A stretch of 45,097 bases of DNA from Oceanospirillaceae bacterium. GTDB taxonomy: Bacteria; Pseudomonadota; Gammaproteobacteria; Pseudomonadales; Balneatricaceae. Positions 32,008 to 43,348 of this stretch are shown in pieces. How positions within the stretch are numbered: position 1 is the stretch's first letter; the number at the start of each line of letters is the position of its first letter. Position numbers and translations under genes: made by a program. The notes beneath the pieces were generated by a model that was given only the letters and a program-made list of their open reading frames with translations, made no database searches and was not told the DNA's origin. The DNA lies in assembly GCA_047625285.1 (NCBI GenBank), contig JBLHQO010000001.1, forward strand, positions 1 through 45,097, in the 5' to 3' direction.

Positions 32008-32997
32008 CTAAGTGCTCATTAAGCGTTTAGCTTTTAAGCGGCCTTCTGCTTGCACTTCAACCAAGCCAATAAAGACTTTGGCATCTGTAGCTGTTGAGCC
32101 ATAAGCTCGTACCACTTCAAATTCAGCGTAGTCAGTGGCATGGTCTACAACCTTACCTTGCTGCAACGCCTCAATTTCATGGGCGGCTAATTGTACAGTA
32201 TTTAATGACAAAACGGCAGTGTCTGCTGGCATTAATAGCTTATCCAAAGTGGCAAAGGCCGGGGTAATGTCTGGCCACTGGCCCTCTTCTACCACCTGAT
32301 CCTTAGTTGCCTCGTCGATAATAGTTTGAAGACCTTCCAAGGTGACCATCTGATCAGCTACAAAAGGCCCTGCCTGCAAGCGCCTTAGCTGTGCCACGTG
32401 AGCACCACAATCTAGCGCCAAACCCAAATCTTCCACAATACTGCGAATATAAGTGCCTTTAGTGCAACTAATATCCATGCGCACTTGGGCATTTTCAAAG
32501 CTCAATAACTCTAAATTGTGAATAGTGACTTGCCGAGGCTTAACTTCCACGGTTTTTCCAGCCCGCGCTAACTTATATAAAGGTTGCCCTTGGTATTTAA
32601 GGGCTGAAAACATGGAAGGCACTTGGCTGATAAGGCCACGAAACTGCGGCAATTGGGCTTCTACATCGGCCAAGGTGACATGATCACAAGCTTTGGTTTC
32701 TACCACCTTACCATCGGCATCACTAGAATCGGTGCGCACACCAAGCTGACCTATAGTTTGGTAACGCTTATCGGAGTCTAGGAGAAACTGACTGAACTTA
32801 GTAGCCTCGCCCAAACAAATAGGTAATAGGCCTGTTGCTAGAGGGTCTAACGAACCGGTGTGACCCGCTTTACGGGCCCCAAACATACGCTTAACCCGCT
32901 GCAAAGCATGATTTGAACTCATGCCTGTGGGCTTATCCAAAATAAGGATGCCGCTTATTTCACGGCCCTTTTGTTGCTTAGACGGTTGCTTTGCCAC
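32008..32997 (-). CDS. truB: tRNA pseudouridine(55) synthase
   Basis: [31 protein letters not shown] and KGTYIRS. Confidence 0.96.
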   Translation of the reverse strand: MAKQPSKQQKGREISGILILDKPTGMSSNHALQRVKRMFGARKAGHTGSLDPLATGLLPICLGEATKFSQFLLDSDKRYQTIGQLGVRTDSSDADGKVVETKACDHVTLADVEAQLPQFRGLISQVPSMFSALKYQGQPLYKLARAGKTVEVKPRQVTIHNLELLSFENAQVRMDISCTKGTYIRSIVEDLGLALDCGAHVAQLRRLQAGPFVADQMVTLEGLQTIIDEATKDQVVEEGQWPDITPAFATLDKLLMPADTAVLSLNTVQLAAHEIEALQQGKVVDHATDYAEFEVVRAYGSTATDAKVFIGLVEVQAEGRLKAKRLMST

Positions 32998-33004
32998 CTA
33001 GAAG

Positions 33005-33403
33005 TTACTCGGTGCCGTAATCAACGTCAGACTCAAGCTCTGGATCTGACGCCCTAGCTTGGTCTATCAGATTACTCAGGTAATTACCCCGAGATAAACT
33101 GTCGTCAAAGTGGAATCGTAAGGTAGGGACAATACGCAACTTCATACGCTGGCCAAGTTGGCTACGCAAAAAACCTGACGCATTGTTCAGCGCTTTAATC
33201 GATTCGCGAATCTCGTCTTTATCTTCACCACCATTTAAAATAGTGACGAATACCTTAGCGTGAGACAAGTCTCGGGATACTTCTACAGCACTCACTGTAG
33301 CCATACCAACACGAGGATCTTTCACCTCACGCTGGATTAGGCCGGCCAGCTCACGCTGAATTTGGTCTGCCACACGCTGGGTGCGGCTATATTCTTGTGC
33401 CAT
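33005..33403 (-). CDS. rbfA: Ribosome-binding factor A
   Basis: [28 protein letters not shown] and LRIVP.LRF. Confidence 0.97.
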   Translation of the reverse strand: MAQEYSRTQRVADQIQRELAGLIQREVKDPRVGMATVSAVEVSRDLSHAKVFVTILNGGEDKDEIRESIKALNNASGFLRSQLGQRMKLRIVPTLRFHFDDSLSRGNYLSNLIDQARASDPELESDVDYGTE

Positions 33404-33412
33404 GATCAGCCC

Positions 33413-36001
33413 TTACAAGCTACGCTCAACTTCGACAGTGTCGAAGACTTCGATTAGGTCGCCAACACGAACGTCGTTGTAGCTCTTCACACCGATACCA
33501 CACTCAATGCCGTTACGAACATCCGTAACCGCATCTTTGTGACGACGCAAGGACTCCAACTCACCTTCGTAAACAACCACGTTATCTCGCAATACTCGAA
33601 TAGGCTTGCTACGGTGAACCGTGCCTTCAGTTACCATACAGCCAGCAATCTGGCCCAACTTAGGCGAACGGAACACTTCACGAACCTCTGCAATACCCAC
33701 AATAGTTTCGCGCAATTCAGGCGCTAACATACCAGAAAGAGCATCTTTAACATCGTTAATGATGTCATATATTACGCTGTAATAACGCAGATCAATACCT
33801 TCTTTCTCGATAAGCGCTTTGGCTGGAACATCAGCACGAACGTTAAAACCGAAGATGACGGCATTTGAAGCCACGGCAAGGTTAACATCAGACTCAGCGA
33901 TACCACCCACACCACTAGAAACAACCTGCACCTTAACTTCTTCGGTACCAATATCCATTAGCGAGCTAGTTAACGCTTCCAAAGAACCACGTACGTCGGT
34001 TTTAAGTACCACATTTAATACAGAGGCTTGGTTCTTGCCCATGTTCTCAAACATAGCATCCAACTTGGAGGCTTGCTGGCGCGCAAGTTTCACGTCGCGG
34101 TACTTACCTTGACGGAACAAGGCCACTTCACGGGCTTTCTTTTCGTCTGGCACTACGGCGAAATCTTCACCCGAATCAGGCGTGCCACCTAAACCTAGAA
34201 TTTCTACTGGAATAGAAGGGCCAGCACTGGTGATCGGCTTGCCATTTTCGTCCAACATGGCACGTACACGGCCGAACTGCTGGCCAGCTAGAACGATATC
34301 GCCTTTCTTCAAAGTACCGTTCTGAACCAATATAGTCGCTACAGAACCGCGGCCTTTATCAAGACGGGCTTCAACCACAACACCTTTGGCTGGTGCCTCA
34401 GGCACTGCTGTAAGCTCTAATACTTCGGCCTCTAGCAATACGGCGTCTAGCAAAGATTCAATGCCATCGCCTGTTTTGGCCGACACTGGAATGAACTGAG
34501 TTACACCACCCCAATCTTCCGGCACTACATCACGGCTAGACAATTCTGTCTTCACTCGATCTAGATCTGCGCCTTCTTTGTCCATTTTATTGATCGCAAC
34601 AATCAAAGGTACGCCAGCGGCTTTAGCATGCTGTATCGCTTCTTCTGTTTGTGGCATCACACCGTCATCGGCAGCAACTACCAAGATAACAATGTCAGTT
34701 GCCTTAGCTCCACGGGCACGCATCGCTGTAAATGCAGCGTGTCCTGGAGTATCTAAGAAAGTAACCATGCCTTTGTCAGTATCTACGTGGTAAGCACCAA
34801 TGTGCTGGGTAATACCACCAGACTCACCAGACGCCACCTTGGTGGAGCGAATAGAGTCTAATAGCGATGTCTTACCATGGTCAACGTGGCCCATTACCGT
34901 CACCACTGGAGCGCGACTGATTTCTTTGCCTTCGTAATTAATGCTTTCAACTACGGCTGTTTCGATGGCATCGTCCATCACCAATTTAGCTTTATGACCC
35001 ATCTCTTCAACCACAATAGTGGCTGTATCTTGGTCAATAACTTGGTTGATGGTTGCCATTGCACCCATCTTAAACATCACTTTAATAACTTCAGCAGCCT
35101 TCACTTTCATGCGCTGAGCTAAATCGGCTACGGTAATAGATTCAGGCAAGTTGACTTCATGAACGACCTTTTCTGTAGGCACTTCAAAAGCATGTTCGCC
35201 ATTGCCAGAGCGCTTAGGTGCAGCCAACTTTCCTTTGTTACGTGCGCCTTTACCACGGCTACGATCATCACGCCCGCCAGTAGTACGACCTTTACCTTTA
35301 CCCTTACCTGCAGGTGCGCCGCCACGTGGCTTATCGGGAGACGTAAAAGTCTTCTGATGAGCAGGCTTCTTCTTGGCATCTTCAACAGCCTTTTGACGAG
35401 CTACCTCAGCATTTGCAGTTACTTTAGCAGCTGCAGCATCTGCCTCTGCATCTGCTTTAACCTTAGTTTGATCGCCTTTTTCGCTTGCAGTTGCAGCGCT
35501 TACCGCTGCACTTGCTACAACTTCAGCTGTATTGGCTACAACCGCTTCTGCACTTGCGGCGGCTTCTGCCGCGCTTGCTGCCGCTGCCGCTGCAGATTTA
35601 GCATCAGCGTCCGCTTGCACTTGCGCCGCTTCACTTGCTTGACGGGCTGCCAATTCAGCTTTTTCAGACTCAATTACAGCTGCTTGATCGCCGTCTTCTG
35701 CTTTAACGTAGGTGCGCTTTTTACGCACTTCAACGTTAACCGTGCGCTTACCTGCCGCACCAGCAACTTTTAACGTAGTGGATGTCTTACGTTGCAAGGT
35801 GATCTTCTTAGGGCCGTCGGCGTTACCGCCGTCTCCACCATGGGATTTTTGCAAGTGAGATAAAAGCGACTTACGCTCTTCGTCTGATACTGCGTCTGTA
35901 GCTGCACGACGAGTAAGGCCGGCTTCTTCCATTTGGTTAAGCAATCGCTCAACCGGAACACCTACCGTTTCGGCGAGGGTGTTGACAGTTTGATCTGTCA
36001 T
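33413..36001 (-). CDS. infB: Translation initiation factor IF-2
   Basis: [20 protein letters not shown] and NKMD; ATG 36001 chosen for AGGAG spacing (alternative 36007). Confidence 0.98.
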   Translation of the reverse strand: MTDQTVNTLAETVGVPVERLLNQMEEAGLTRRAATDAVSDEERKSLLSHLQKSHGGDGGNADGPKKITLQRKTSTTLKVAGAAGKRTVNVEVRKKRTYVKAEDGDQAAVIESEKAELAARQASEAAQVQADADAKSAAAAAASAAEAAASAEAVVANTAEVVASAAVSAATASEKGDQTKVKADAEADAAAAKVTANAEVARQKAVEDAKKKPAHQKTFTSPDKPRGGAPAGKGKGKGRTTGGRDDRSRGKGARNKGKLAAPKRSGNGEHAFEVPTEKVVHEVNLPESITVADLAQRMKVKAAEVIKVMFKMGAMATINQVIDQDTATIVVEEMGHKAKLVMDDAIETAVVESINYEGKEISRAPVVTVMGHVDHGKTSLLDSIRSTKVASGESGGITQHIGAYHVDTDKGMVTFLDTPGHAAFTAMRARGAKATDIVILVVAADDGVMPQTEEAIQHAKAAGVPLIVAINKMDKEGADLDRVKTELSSRDVVPEDWGGVTQFIPVSAKTGDGIESLLDAVLLEAEVLELTAVPEAPAKGVVVEARLDKGRGSVATILVQNGTLKKGDIVLAGQQFGRVRAMLDENGKPITSAGPSIPVEILGLGGTPDSGEDFAVVPDEKKAREVALFRQGKYRDVKLARQQASKLDAMFENMGKNQASVLNVVLKTDVRGSLEALTSSLMDIGTEEVKVQVVSSGVGGIAESDVNLAVASNAVIFGFNVRADVPAKALIEKEGIDLRYYSVIYDIINDVKDALSGMLAPELRETIVGIAEVREVFRSPKLGQIAGCMVTEGTVHRSKPIRVLRDNVVVYEGELESLRRHKDAVTDVRNGIECGIGVKSYNDVRVGDLIEVFDTVEVERSL

Positions 36002-36032
36002 AATCATATTCTCCTAATAGGTCGGCGATGGT

Positions 36033-37514
36033 TTAAACAAACCAAGGGGCGCGGGCCGTCATAATTAATTCTGCTGCTTTTTCGTCGCTCAAACCTTCAA
36101 TGTCTGAGATCTCATCAACAGCTTGCTCGGCCAAGTCTTCCATGGTGATGATGCCACGGCTTGCCAATACAAATGCAAGGTGAGCATCCATACCTTCCAT
36201 TTCTAGCAAATCTTGAGCTGGCTCAGAGTTGTCTAGCTGCTCTTCCGCTGCAAGGGCCTGGTTAAGCAACTTATCTTTTGCACGAGTACGGAGCTCTTCA
36301 ACAATGTCCTCATCCAAGCCGTCAATCGCCAACATTTCATCCAACGGCACGTAGGCAATTTCTTCAAGGCTAGTAAAACCTTCTTCTACCAACATCTGTG
36401 CAAACTCTTCGTCAATGTCTAAAGCATCTACAAAAACCTGCACCACCCCACCCACTTCATCTTGTTGCTTGGCGGCAGCGTCTTCTTCAGACATCACGTT
36501 AATGGTCCATCCGGTCAGTTCGGAAGCTAGTCGGACGTTTTGGCCATTACGACCAATAGCCATGGCCAAATTCTCATCACTAACAGCCACATCCATCGCA
36601 TGACGGTCTTCATCAACAACGATAGAACTTACTTCTGCAGGGGCCATCGCATTGATAACCAACTGCGCTGGATTATCATCCCAAAGTACAATATCAACGC
36701 GCTCGTTGTTCAATTCTCCAGTAACCGCTTGCACACGCGAACCACGCATACCAACACAAGCGCCAATAGGATCAATACGACCATCGTTGGTCTTCACTGC
36801 AATTTTAGCACGCGATCCTGGATCACGGGCCACTGCACGAATTTCGATGACTTCTTCAGAAATCTCTGGCACCTCAATCTTAAATAGCTCTACCAACATT
36901 TGTGGCTCTGTGCGACTTAAGAAAAGCTGTGGACCTCGGCTTTCAGTACGTACTTCGGCCAACAAGGCCCGAATACGATCACCCATACGGAAGGTTTCAC
37001 GGCCGATCAATTGATCCCTCGCCATGAGTGCTTCTGCATTATTACCCAGATCCACGATCACATTATCACGAGTCACTTTTTTAACGCTGCCACTAATAAT
37101 TTCGCCAATACGACCACGGTATAGCTCGACTACCTTAGCGCGCTCAGCTTCACGAACCTTTTGCACAATGACTTGCTTAGCCGTTTGTGCGGCAATACGA
37201 CCAAAGGTTTCGGTAGGCAACTCTTCTTCTACTATGTCACCTAACTCAAGCTCAGGCTTAGTCTCTTGAGCATCCTCAAGAATCAATTCAGCCTCTGGGT
37301 TGGTGTACACTTCATCAGTCACCACTGTCCAACAACGCGTGGTAGTGGCTTCACCTGTCTTACGATCGATAGAGACTCTAATATCGCTCTCTTCGTGGAT
37401 GCGCTTGCGTGTTGCAGTGGCCAAAGCTAATTCTATAGCTTCAAAAATAACGTCTTTGGGCACGTCTTTTTCATTTGAAACTGCTTCTGCAACTAACAGA
37501 ATTTCTTTATTCAT
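36033..37514 (-). CDS. nusA: Transcription termination/antitermination factor NusA
   Basis: [29 protein letters not shown]1/KH domains, [12 protein letters not shown] and acidic C-terminal repeats. Confidence 0.98.
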   Translation of the reverse strand: MNKEILLVAEAVSNEKDVPKDVIFEAIELALATATRKRIHEESDIRVSIDRKTGEATTTRCWTVVTDEVYTNPEAELILEDAQETKPELELGDIVEEELPTETFGRIAAQTAKQVIVQKVREAERAKVVELYRGRIGEIISGSVKKVTRDNVIVDLGNNAEALMARDQLIGRETFRMGDRIRALLAEVRTESRGPQLFLSRTEPQMLVELFKIEVPEISEEVIEIRAVARDPGSRAKIAVKTNDGRIDPIGACVGMRGSRVQAVTGELNNERVDIVLWDDNPAQLVINAMAPAEVSSIVVDEDRHAMDVAVSDENLAMAIGRNGQNVRLASELTGWTINVMSEEDAAAKQQDEVGGVVQVFVDALDIDEEFAQMLVEEGFTSLEEIAYVPLDEMLAIDGLDEDIVEELRTRAKDKLLNQALAAEEQLDNSEPAQDLLEMEGMDAHLAFVLASRGIITMEDLAEQAVDEISDIEGLSDEKAAELIMTARAPWFV

Positions 37515-37552
37515 TTCAAGCTCTCACTTAATTTGGACTTATAAAACCGGGC

Positions 37553-38008
37553 TTAGAAGCGCGGTACAATATTGGCTTTTTCAATGCTGTCAAAAGGCAA
37601 CAAATATTCTTCATCATCAATCTGCAATATCACATCATCACCTTCAATGCCGCTCAGCAAACCGGTAAAACGACGCCGACCGTCAAAGGCCAAACGCAAT
37701 TTCAAACTTAGTTTTTCACCAATGCTAGCTTGGTACTGCTGCAAGCTAAACAAAGGACGATCCAACCCAGGAGATGACACTTCTAGCGTGTACTCTCCTG
37801 TAATGGGATCTTCTACATCCATCACTGCAGCGACTTGCCGACTTACGTCTGCACACTGCTCCACACCAATACCATTGGCATGGTCTATGTATACTCGTAA
37901 AGTGGTATGACGACCCTGAGATATGTACTCAATACCCCAAAGGTCACAACCACAGGCCGCCACTGCTGGCGCTACCAATGCTTCAATTTGTGCTGCTGCA
38001 CCTGCCAT
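37553..38008 (-). CDS. rimP: Ribosome maturation factor RimP
   Basis: LRVYID, DVEDPI...YTLEVSSPGLDRPLF and IEKAN; start ATG 38008 (the longer ORF runs into a tRNA). Confidence 0.95.
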   Translation of the reverse strand: MAGAAAQIEALVAPAVAACGCDLWGIEYISQGRHTTLRVYIDHANGIGVEQCADVSRQVAAVMDVEDPITGEYTLEVSSPGLDRPLFSLQQYQASIGEKLSLKLRLAFDGRRRFTGLLSGIEGDDVILQIDDEEYLLPFDSIEKANIVPRF

Positions 38009-38025
38009 TTTAATATCCCAAAACG

Positions 38026-38053
38026 CAAAAAGCCCCATAATAGGGGCTTTTTG
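38026..38053 (-). terminator. rimP-leader hairpin (terminator/attenuator after the tRNA-fMet genes)
   Basis: CAAAAAGCCCC-N6-GGGGCTTTTTG, 11-bp perfect stem ending 17 nt before the rimP ATG. Confidence 0.8.
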
Positions 38054-38160
38054 TTGACTATATGTATTCAGTCTCGCTGCTAAACTTAACAACGAACCCC
38101 TGAAGTATCCCTTCATGACTTGCGCCAAAGGAAACCGTAACCATACGTGTCCCTGAAAAA

Positions 38161-38237
<77 letters not shown>

Positions 38238-38309
38238 ACAAAGAACCCTTAAGCTAGTTCTTGTAGGCTTGCGCCAAAGGAAACCGTAACAAACGGCTGC
38301 CTGAAAAAT

Positions 38310-38386
<77 letters not shown>

Positions 38387-38399
38387 TCAAAGAGCGCGT

Positions 38400-38428
38400 A
38401 TAATATCCAACTACCCGCTGCACGTCAA
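38400..38428 (-). promoter_or_regulatory. Sigma70 stable-RNA promoter of the tRNA-fMet-rimP-nusA-infB operon
   Basis: TTGACG-N17-TATTAT followed by GC-rich discriminator ACGCGC. Confidence 0.75.
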
Positions 38429-38475
38429 ACACTTATTGGCATTAACGAATAAAAGACTATATTTAGCCCTTACCC

Positions 38476-38919
38476 TCACCAACTGCCCACATTGGGCATC
38501 GAAACCCACGGCTGCGTAGGCACTAAAGCGCCCCCTACCTGCAACAATTCTATAGACACATTATCCGGCGACTTTACAAACGCCATACGCCCATCTCGTG
38601 GAGGCCTATTAATGACAACCCCAGCCTCCATCAATGTATGGCAAAGCTGGTAAATATCATCCACTTCGTAAGCCAAGTGTCCCCAGCTTCGACCCGCGCT
38701 CAACTCTTCGTCATCATCCCAGTTATGGGTAAGCTCTAACAACGGTGCCTGAACACCTTGAGCACTACTTTCATCAAGCACTGCCGCCAGAAACACCAAA
38801 GTGAAGCGCCCCGATTCATAGTCCGTTCGCTTCACTTCAACTAGCCCCAATTGATTGCACCAAAATTCTAAAGAAGCCGTTAAATCTCGCACTCTAACCA
38901 TGGTATGTAGATAACGCAT
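38476..38919 (-). CDS. gloA: Lactoylglutathione lyase (glyoxalase I, VOC family)
   Basis: MRYLHTMVRV, RFTLVFL, LELTHNW, GHLAYEVDDIY, RPPRDG and SIELLQ. Confidence 0.8.
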   Translation of the reverse strand: MRYLHTMVRVRDLTASLEFWCNQLGLVEVKRTDYESGRFTLVFLAAVLDESSAQGVQAPLLELTHNWDDDEELSAGRSWGHLAYEVDDIYQLCHTLMEAGVVINRPPRDGRMAFVKSPDNVSIELLQVGGALVPTQPWVSMPNVGSW

Positions 38920-38943
38920 TGGCAACCCCTAATTGATGAAGTT

Positions 38944-39477
38944 TTAGCGACTAAGTACCTGTATCGCACCGGTAAACCCACGTAGAGAAGCATTCAACAG
39001 AATTCCCTCAGCTTGAGCGAAGGGGCGAAACGCAACTTTCAACGTGGTTCCTTCACGCAACAGCTTGAGGAGCTTCTCGTCCGCTGCAATAGTAGCCGCA
39101 CAACCTTGTGCCACACAAGTGACAAAAGGAGCATTGATCTCGTTGCTCTCATCCACTTGAAGAGCTATGCCTGACTGAAGGTTGAGACCTAAAGGCAAGG
39201 TAACCTCCATCACGATGTTTTCAGCCTGCTTAAACAGCGTAATACGCATCGCAAAACTGACCTGCCCGTCTTTCTCAACTTGCATGGTTTGAGTGATTTG
39301 GCAGTTAGTTACGTCTTGCTGCTCCACACAAATACTTTGCCAGTCTTGATAGCTATTGCGCGTTACAGCTGGCTCATTAGCAACAGCTTCCGTTGTTACT
39401 GTGGTTGATTCTGCCACCGCAGATGGAGCAAACAAGATCGGCAGGGTTAAGACGAACAAAGATAAAAGGCGACGCAT
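38944..39477 (-). CDS. Invasion-associated locus B (IalB) family exported protein
   Basis: Signal peptide, YQDW...C, C...Q, LPLG..L..G...VD, C...GC and SL.GF..A. Confidence 0.8.
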   Translation of the reverse strand: MRRLLSLFVLTLPILFAPSAVAESTTVTTEAVANEPAVTRNSYQDWQSICVEQQDVTNCQITQTMQVEKDGQVSFAMRITLFKQAENIVMEVTLPLGLNLQSGIALQVDESNEINAPFVTCVAQGCAATIAADEKLLKLLREGTTLKVAFRPFAQAEGILLNASLRGFTGAIQVLSR

Positions 39478-39786
39478 GTAGGTATCTCGCTAAATTAGAG
39501 GGTCTTTAGATGCTGGCACACTAACACATCCGCATATTAGAAGGAATCAGTGATTTCAGCCAAAGCTGAGGATCGTGCTGAAGCGTGTCAAACCGCGCTT
39601 GCCAAAGATTCCCTGCGAGGCCGCGCAGAGCCCTTAATACAAACCACCAACAGACAGTTGCCAATTAACAGACCAAAAAAAGCACCATGGTTATGGGTTT
39701 TTAGATCATCTATGATTGGTAATAGATGACAATTTGGTACCCGCGCTTCGAAAACAAGTACTTAATTTTATATTTTCCAGAGGGTT

Positions 39787-40317
39787 TTAGTCGTTTGAAT
39801 GCGCCCAATCAGCGTGTCTGGGAGCTTTTTTTGTTTTTGACCATTCTTCAAGCATTTGCCATTTCACTTTATCAAGCCGTTCAATTTTAGCTTTTTCTTG
39901 TTTGTCGGGTGCAGCAAGCTCTAAACGGTGACCGCTTGGATCAAAAAAGTAAATAGAGTGGAAGACTGAATGATTGACTACCCCAAGCACCTCAACCCCA
40001 TTACTTTCTAGATGGTTTTTATACATCAACAAGGTGTCCATATCCTTAACTTTAAAGGCAATATGTTGTACCCAGTCTGGTGTGTTTTGATCCCTACCCA
40101 TTTTTGGTTTCGTTGGAAGCTCAAAGAATGCCAATATATTATCTTGGCCTGCATCTAAAAACACATGCATGTAAGGGTCTGGCTCTTTAGTGGAAGGCAC
40201 TTGGTCTTCAGCGAGAGCCAATACAAAATCCATTTTTAGATTTTTCACATACCACTCAACTGTTTGTTTTGCATCATGACACCGATAGGCAACGTGATGA
40301 ATATGTTCAATTTTCAT
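39787..40317 (-). CDS. VOC-family metalloprotein; candidate alternative homogentisate 1,2-dioxygenase
   Basis: HHVAY, QHIAF and HSIYFFDPSGHRLE motifs; third gene of the hppD-fahA operon with a 5-bp gap. Confidence is for the family; function is inferred. Confidence 0.8.
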   Translation of the reverse strand: MKIEHIHHVAYRCHDAKQTVEWYVKNLKMDFVLALAEDQVPSTKEPDPYMHVFLDAGQDNILAFFELPTKPKMGRDQNTPDWVQHIAFKVKDMDTLLMYKNHLESNGVEVLGVVNHSVFHSIYFFDPSGHRLELAAPDKQEKAKIERLDKVKWQMLEEWSKTKKAPRHADWAHSND

Positions 40318-40322
40318 GTGAC

Positions 40323-41633
40323 TTATCCTCTACTTATGGATGGCAATATTGTTCCGGAGCACTCTCCAAAACCAATACGAGGCAACCCTTCATTATGGCA
40401 CCAACCTCGTAATATAACGGTGTCGCCATCCTCTAAAAAGGTTCTAGTTTCTCCGTTTGACAAGGTGATTGGGTGCTTACCACCTTCCGTTGCTTCAAGT
40501 AATGCTCCAACACTGTCTTTGGTAGTGCCAGACTGCGTACCACTGCCAAAAAAGTCACCAGCTTTTAAATTGCACCCATTAACCGAGTGATGTGTCACCA
40601 TTTGAGCGATAGACCAATACGCCTGATTAAAATTACTTAGGCCAACTCGTTCTGCAGTGTCCATTGTTGGGGTTTTTAATAAAACCTCTAACTTCATATC
40701 CACCGCACCAAACGCCCTATGTTGTGTTGAATCTAAATAATCTAATGGTTGTGGGTGATCGCTTGGCCTAGTCCACTCTTGCCTGTAAGGGGCCAGTGCT
40801 TCCATTGTTACAATCCAAGGAGAGACCGTAGAGGCGAAGCTCTTTGATAAGAAGGGCCCTAGAGGTTGGTATTCCCAGCCCTGAATGTCACGAGCCGACC
40901 AATCATTAAACAAACACAGCCCAAACACATGTTGTTCAGACTCTTCAATACAAATTGGTTTGCCTAACTCATTACCTTTACCAATATAGATACCAACTTC
41001 CAGCTCATAGTCCAATCTTTTACACGGAGCTAATATTGGTTTGTCTTGATCAGGCGCTTTCAATTGCCCATAAGGGCGGTGAAATTTTTGTCCAGATACG
41101 CCGATAGAAGAACTACGGCCATGATACCCAATAGGAATCCATTGGTAGTTCGGTAATAAAGGATTATCTGGTCGAAATAGCTTACCAACATTTGTGGCAT
41201 GATTTATCGATGTATAAAAATCGGTGTAATCACCGATATTGGCCGGCACCTTATATTCGGCGTCAGATTGAGACACTAAGCAGCTTGCTAGAGCGCCTTG
41301 GTGTTTGGAACCTTCTCTTAAGGCACGTGATAAAGAAAGCCGTATAGCAGACCATGTTGGCGCACCTAATTGCATAAAATCATTTAGTGCATCTTGTGAT
41401 AATAGGTCTAAAGCGCAGTCGAGGTGATCATCAAATAAGCCTGCTTTATACGCCGCAGGCATATCGACGATGAAATCGCCGATTGCAACACCAGCCCTAA
41501 AAGCCTGATCAGTATTACGTGCCTTAAATATGGCAAACGGTAGGTTCTGAATTGGGAAGTCTGTTGTGGGGCTATTGGCCGATGCAACCCAACTTTGTAG
41601 GCCTATATCATGGGTTTCGTTTAGTTTTGACAT
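40323..41633 (-). CDS. fahA: Fumarylacetoacetase
   Basis: DFPIQNLPF, GDYTDFY.S..HA.NVG, YHGRSSS, LDYELE, NDWSARDIQ.WEYQPLGPFLSK and RIGFGEC. Confidence 0.96.
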   Translation of the reverse strand: MSKLNETHDIGLQSWVASANSPTTDFPIQNLPFAIFKARNTDQAFRAGVAIGDFIVDMPAAYKAGLFDDHLDCALDLLSQDALNDFMQLGAPTWSAIRLSLSRALREGSKHQGALASCLVSQSDAEYKVPANIGDYTDFYTSINHATNVGKLFRPDNPLLPNYQWIPIGYHGRSSSIGVSGQKFHRPYGQLKAPDQDKPILAPCKRLDYELEVGIYIGKGNELGKPICIEESEQHVFGLCLFNDWSARDIQGWEYQPLGPFLSKSFASTVSPWIVTMEALAPYRQEWTRPSDHPQPLDYLDSTQHRAFGAVDMKLEVLLKTPTMDTAERVGLSNFNQAYWSIAQMVTHHSVNGCNLKAGDFFGSGTQSGTTKDSVGALLEATEGGKHPITLSNGETRTFLEDGDTVILRGWCHNEGLPRIGFGECSGTILPSISRG

Positions 41634-41652
41634 TTTTTATACCGCTTATCAA

Positions 41653-42732
41653 TTATGTATTATTGCCGACAACGCCACGCTTAACCTGGTCACGCTCAAT
41701 CGACTCAAACAGCGCTTTGAAGTTGCCCTCGCCAAACCCATCGTCTTTTTTTCGTTGTATGAACTCAAAGAATACAGGGCCTATTAATGGTTTAGAGAAA
41801 ATCTGAAGCAACAGCCTTGGATCATCATTTTCTGTAGACCCATCAAGCAAGATACCTCGTGTTTGTAACTCACTCACTGGCTCACCATGATTTGGTAATC
41901 GCTGATCTAACATACTGTAATATGCTTCTGGTGGAGCGTTCATAAACGGCGTTCCCATGGCCTTTAACCTATCCCAACACTCAAGCAAATTATCGCAAGA
42001 AAAAGCAATATGCTGAATTCCTTCGCCATTGTATTGCATTAGAAACTCTTCAATTTGCCCTGTTTCTTTAGAGGCTTCTTCATTTAACGGTATACGGATT
42101 AGACCATCAGGAGCCGTTAGCGCTTTTGATAAAAGGCCTGTGTACTCACCTTTAATGTCAAAATATCTAATTTGTCTAAAATTGAATAAACTTTCATAGA
42201 AGTTGGACCAGTAGTCCATTCTGCCACGATATACGTTATGGGTTAGATGATCGATCACGTTAAATCCACAACCTTCAGGGTTACGATCCACTCCTGGAAT
42301 AAACTCAAAATCAATATCATAGATTGAGGTTCCTTCTTCAAAGCGGTCAATTAAATACAAGGGGGCTCCACCTATACCTTTGATTGCAGGCAAGCGTAAC
42401 TCCATTGGCCCAACTGGAATTTCAATCGGTTGGGCCCCAAGTTCCAGTGCACGCTCGTAAGCAACTCTTGAATTTTTTACTCTAAACGCCATTCCGCACG
42501 CGCTTGGCCCGTGTTCTTGAGCAAAATAAAAGGCATTACTGGCAGGCTCATAATTGATCAAAAGGTTAATGCCGCCTTGGCGATATAAATCAACTTGCTT
42601 GGTTTTGTGTGAGGCAACTTTGGTGAAGCCTGTCATTTCAAACACAGGCTCAAGGACGCCACGTTCAATAGAACAAAACTCAATGAATTCAAATCCGCAT
42701 AAGCCCATCGGATTCTCAAAAAGGTCAGTCAT
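41653..42732 (-). CDS. hppD: 4-hydroxyphenylpyruvate dioxygenase
   Basis: [29 protein letters not shown] and FFEFIQRK...[18 protein letters not shown]. Confidence 0.97.
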   Translation of the reverse strand: MTDLFENPMGLCGFEFIEFCSIERGVLEPVFEMTGFTKVASHKTKQVDLYRQGGINLLINYEPASNAFYFAQEHGPSACGMAFRVKNSRVAYERALELGAQPIEIPVGPMELRLPAIKGIGGAPLYLIDRFEEGTSIYDIDFEFIPGVDRNPEGCGFNVIDHLTHNVYRGRMDYWSNFYESLFNFRQIRYFDIKGEYTGLLSKALTAPDGLIRIPLNEEASKETGQIEEFLMQYNGEGIQHIAFSCDNLLECWDRLKAMGTPFMNAPPEAYYSMLDQRLPNHGEPVSELQTRGILLDGSTENDDPRLLLQIFSKPLIGPVFFEFIQRKKDDGFGEGNFKALFESIERDQVKRGVVGNNT

Positions 42733-42807
42733 AGTTGCTCCTTTGATAATTTGGCAGATTTCTATTCGCTGCTACTTAAATCACTTTGTGATTGTGAAGT
42801 AACCGCG

Positions 42808-42854
42808 TATATTGGTTGTAATTACAACCAATATAGTTGCAATTACAACTATAT
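42808..42854. promoter_or_regulatory. Two tandem palindromic operators (likely MarR-binding)
   Basis: Perfect 28-bp TATATTGGTTGTAATTACAACCAATATA (42808-42835) and one-mismatch 24-bp ATATAGTTGCAATTACAACTATAT (42831-42854). Confidence 0.8.
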
Positions 42855-42883
42855 GCAAGATAAAAGAATCGGAACACATATCC

Positions 42884-43348
42884 ATGACAACTAAACAGCC
42901 ACCAGTCTTAGTGCTAGAGCGGTTTCTTCCTTATCGCATTTCTATACTTTCTAACCGTATTAGCGGGATTATTGCTAAAACGTATAAAAATAAATTTGCA
43001 CTTTCTGTGAATGAATGGCGAATAATGGCAATGCTTGGAGAGTATCCCGGCGCTTCTGCGGATGAAGTATCCGCTAAAATTCAAATTGAAAAATCAATTG
43101 TGAGCCGAGCGTTAAAAAACTTATTGTTACGTACATTAGTGGAACGAGTAGTTGATACCGAAGATAGACGCAGGCAAAACCTTAGCCTTAGTACCACTGG
43201 CTTAGATATTTATAACCAAATAGTGCCTGTTTCATATAATTATGAGCAGCAATTACTGACGTGTTTTACTGAAAAAGAACAAACAGTGTTTGATACCCTA
43301 AGTGAAAAACTATACCGCCATGCTGAGAAAATTGACGTGGAAAGCTAA
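42884..43348 (+). CDS. MarR-family transcriptional regulator, divergent from hppD
   Basis: L.LERFLPYR, LS..EWR, KSIVSRAL..L and EDRRRQ.LSL...G; start ATG 42884 because the upstream TTG lies inside the operator. Confidence 0.9.
   Translation: MTTKQPPVLVLERFLPYRISILSNRISGIIAKTYKNKFALSVNEWRIMAMLGEYPGASADEVSAKIQIEKSIVSRALKNLLLRTLVERVVDTEDRRRQNLSLSTTGLDIYNQIVPVSYNYEQQLLTCFTEKEQTVFDTLSEKLYRHAEKIDVES

Noticed and set aside
35159-35773. 204-aa Cys-rich ORF on the + strand
   Set aside because: Antisense shadow of the Ala/Lys-rich IF-2 linker; repeated GCA/GCT codons explain the composition
630-37910. Many other 60-125 aa ORFs nested in or antisense to core genes
   Set aside because: Overlap well-supported conserved genes and lack independent coding signals
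42812-42883. N-terminal extension of MarR (VVITTNIVAITTI)
   Set aside because: The apparent peptide repeat is translation of the twin operators
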